DNA of 64,000 nucleotides from Escherichia coli (GTDB lineage Bacteria; Pseudomonadota; Gammaproteobacteria; Enterobacterales; Enterobacteriaceae): NCBI RefSeq assembly GCF_003018255.1, contig NZ_CP027440.1; one strand, 5' to 3'. Shown piece by piece: positions 62,027 to 64,000 of this stretch (position 1 is its first letter; each line of letters starts with the position of its first letter). The notes under the pieces were generated by a model. It saw only the letters and a program-made list of their open reading frames with translations, ran no database searches and was not told where the DNA came from. The position numbers and the translations under genes were made by a program.

Positions 62027-62160
62027 TTTAGGCGGATAAGGCGTTTACGCCGCACCAGGCGTTCGTGCGCTGATGCGACGCTTGCGCGTCTTATCATGCC
62101 TACAATCGGTGCGGGTTCGGTAGGCCGGATAAGGCGTTCACGCCGCATCCGGCAAGCTTT
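62027..62160. repeat. REP/BIME palindromes downstream of efeB
   Basis: ggcggataaggcgtttacgccgcaccaggc, tgatgcgacgcttgcgcgtcttatcatgcctac, gtaggccggataaggcgttcacgccgcatccggc. Confidence 0.75.
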
Positions 62161-62205
62161 TACCAGTACTGCGAATCCTGCTGAAAGCACACAGCTTTTT
62201 TATCA

Positions 62206-62224
62206 CTGTCATCACTTTGTCATC
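62206..62224 (+). promoter_or_regulatory. Pho box (PhoB binding site) of phoH
   Basis: CTGTCAT-cact-TTGTCAT: two 7-bp direct repeats with 4-bp spacer; a further tgtcact half-site at 62242..62248. Confidence 0.7.
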
Positions 62225-62647
62225 TTTCCAGTAGAAACTAATGTCACTGAAATGGTGTTTTATGGTTAAATATAAGTGAATATATTGTTGCAATGAATGC
62301 GAGATCTGGTGTAATTATTAAGTAGCAGCGGAAGTTCCCGGCAGTGATAGTCAGTCACTATGGAGATCGCGGATGGTAACGTCCTGTACTGGACAATGTT
62401 TTGTTAAGCAAGGCTCCACCACTCGCGGAGATTTCTCCTCCGGTAGCAACTTCGTCACTCTGTATTTTTCTCACTTCCTCTCTTTACTCGTGTTACCGAC
62501 GCCGCAAACGGTGTGCGTAGCCGTTTTTCGGCATTTTATCCAAAAGCAAACTATGGCTTACAAGGAAGCCAACCCTCTGATGTTCGTGCGCATAATCGCG
62601 CTGCCAACGGCGCGTGTGATGAATACAAACAACTCAAGGTGCTCTCC

Positions 62648-63436
62648 ATGGGAAGACAAAAAGCAGTGATCAAAGCTCGTCGCGAGGCAAAACGTGTGCT
62701 GAGACGGGATTCGCGCAGCCATAAGCAGCGTGAAGAAGAATCGGTCACCTCGCTTGTGCAAATGAGCGGCGTAGAAGCCATTGGTATGGCCCGCGATAGT
62801 CGCGATACCTCGCCCATCCTCGCGCGAAATGAAGCGCAATTGCACTATCTGAAGGCTATTGAGAGTAAGCAGCTGATATTCGCCACGGGCGAAGCCGGGT
62901 GCGGAAAAACCTGGATCAGCGCAGCAAAAGCGGCAGAGGCCCTGATACATAAGGATGTCGACAGGATTATCGTCACCCGTCCAGTTCTGCAAGCCGATGA
63001 AGATCTTGGCTTCTTACCTGGTGATATCGCAGAAAAGTTTGCTCCCTATTTTCGCCCGGTCTACGACGTGCTGGTTCGGCGCTTAGGGGCTTCCTTTATG
63101 CAGTACTGCCTGCGACCGGAAATAGGGAAGGTGGAAATTGCGCCGTTCGCCTATATGCGTGGACGTACCTTTGAAAATGCAGTCGTCATTCTTGACGAGG
63201 CGCAGAATGTGACTGCCGCGCAAATGAAAATGTTTTTAACCCGCCTCGGGGAGAACGTGACGGTTATCGTCAACGGTGATATCACGCAATGCGATTTGCC
63301 TCGCGGCGTGCGCTCCGGATTAAGTGACGCGCTGGAACGTTTCGAAGAAGATGAAATGGTCGGGATCGTCCGATTCGGTAAAGAGAATTGCGTACGTTCG
63401 GCACTTTGCCAACGTACGCTACATGCATACAGTTAA
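62648..63436 (+). CDS. phoH: PhoH ATPase, conservative core call (N-terminal extent ambiguous)
   Basis: ATG 62648 MGRQKAVIKARREAKRVLRRDSRSH...; Walker A GEAGCGKT; open frame extends upstream to GTG 62513; separate frame 62373..62669 overlaps. Confidence 0.8.
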   Translation: MGRQKAVIKARREAKRVLRRDSRSHKQREEESVTSLVQMSGVEAIGMARDSRDTSPILARNEAQLHYLKAIESKQLIFATGEAGCGKTWISAAKAAEALIHKDVDRIIVTRPVLQADEDLGFLPGDIAEKFAPYFRPVYDVLVRRLGASFMQYCLRPEIGKVEIAPFAYMRGRTFENAVVILDEAQNVTAAQMKMFLTRLGENVTVIVNGDITQCDLPRGVRSGLSDALERFEEDEMVGIVRFGKENCVRSALCQRTLHAYS

Positions 63437-63454
63437 GTGTATTATCGGCGCAGA

Positions 63455-63479
63455 GCCCGGGCGAACCGGGCTTTGTTTT
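63455..63479 (+). terminator. Rho-independent terminator after phoH
   Basis: gcccgg-gcgaa-ccgggc followed by tttgtttt. Confidence 0.55.
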
Positions 63480-63485
63480 GGGTGT

Positions 63486-63899
63486 TTATACCCGGACTAG
63501 CGTTTTTTCTGAAACCACCATTTTTATTTGTCCCTGACTGGTGAAGTGTACGCTCATCCTGTGGCTTTTTTGTAGTTGCTGATAAAGCTCATCAGGTATT
63601 GCTAAGCTCTCTGCATATTCTTGCGGCGTATATTGGTATGCTGCATGATGCTGCTGTTTTTTAAAACGCAGCTTATTGTACAATGCCCAGACGATTAACA
63701 CGACGGCATTCGCCACTGCCAGCAAAAAATAGAACTGAAGTCGGCTTCTGGCCTCGCTTTGCCAGTAATAACCCGTCAGCAGATCAATGGCGAATAAGAA
63801 TATGAACAAAGCAAATAATGTCCACAAGATGGTTGTGGCAACATAATCAACCAGTAAACGTACTGGCGATTGTCGGGTCGTAATAATTAGATTGTTCAT
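63486..63899 (-). CDS. pgaD: PGA biosynthesis protein PgaD
   Basis: 137-aa two-[46 protein letters not shown]...; adjacent to phoH. Confidence 0.8.
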   Translation of the reverse strand: MNNLIITTRQSPVRLLVDYVATTILWTLFALFIFLFAIDLLTGYYWQSEARSRLQFYFLLAVANAVVLIVWALYNKLRFKKQQHHAAYQYTPQEYAESLAIPDELYQQLQKSHRMSVHFTSQGQIKMVVSEKTLVRV

Positions 63900-63900
63900 A

Positions 63901-64000
63901 TTAACCTCTCAGAATCCCACGATCGGGACTTACCCAACGAGCGCGTTGTTTTTTAGGCATCAACATGACTCGTGTAAATGATACCAATGTCGTTGCCAGG
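63901..64000 (-). CDS. pgaC: PGA synthase PgaC, C-terminal end only (gene runs off window end)
   Basis: Minus-strand frame ...[32 protein letters not shown] with stop at comp(63901..63903), directly abutting pgaD. Confidence 0.65.

Overview
This window reads as a contiguous stretch of Escherichia coli chromosome running sulA-sxy-yccS-yccF-helD-mgsA-yccTU-hspQ-rlmI-acyP-tusE-yccA-serT-hyaABCDEF-appCB-appX-appA-etk-etp-gfcEDCBA-cspH-cspG-ymcE-gnsA-yccM-torSTRCAD-cbpMA-agp-yccJ-wrbA-ymdF-rutGFEDCBA-rutR-putA-putP-efeUOB-phoH-pgaD-pgaC. Gene calls rest on reading the ORF-track proteins and my own translations against E. coli K-12 proteins recalled from memory; nothing was searched or aligned. I do not see a novel biological system: no CRISPR array, integrase, phage, toxin-antitoxin or defence cassette, and every ORF of real size is a known housekeeping, respiratory, capsule, stress or catabolic gene. 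The sequence is not K-12-identical: the IS1 copy I recall between gfcA and cspH is absent, yccE is absent between cbpA and agp, and efeU is a single intact frame. The remaining observations are small: an A12 tract extending the yccU frame, a frame discontinuity upstream of the PhoH core, an unassigned GC-rich palindromic element downstream of putP, an SD/anti-SD hairpin with a 5-codon micro-ORF upstream of cbpA, and short repeated motifs upstream of gfcA and wrbA. All are modest and need alignment to references.
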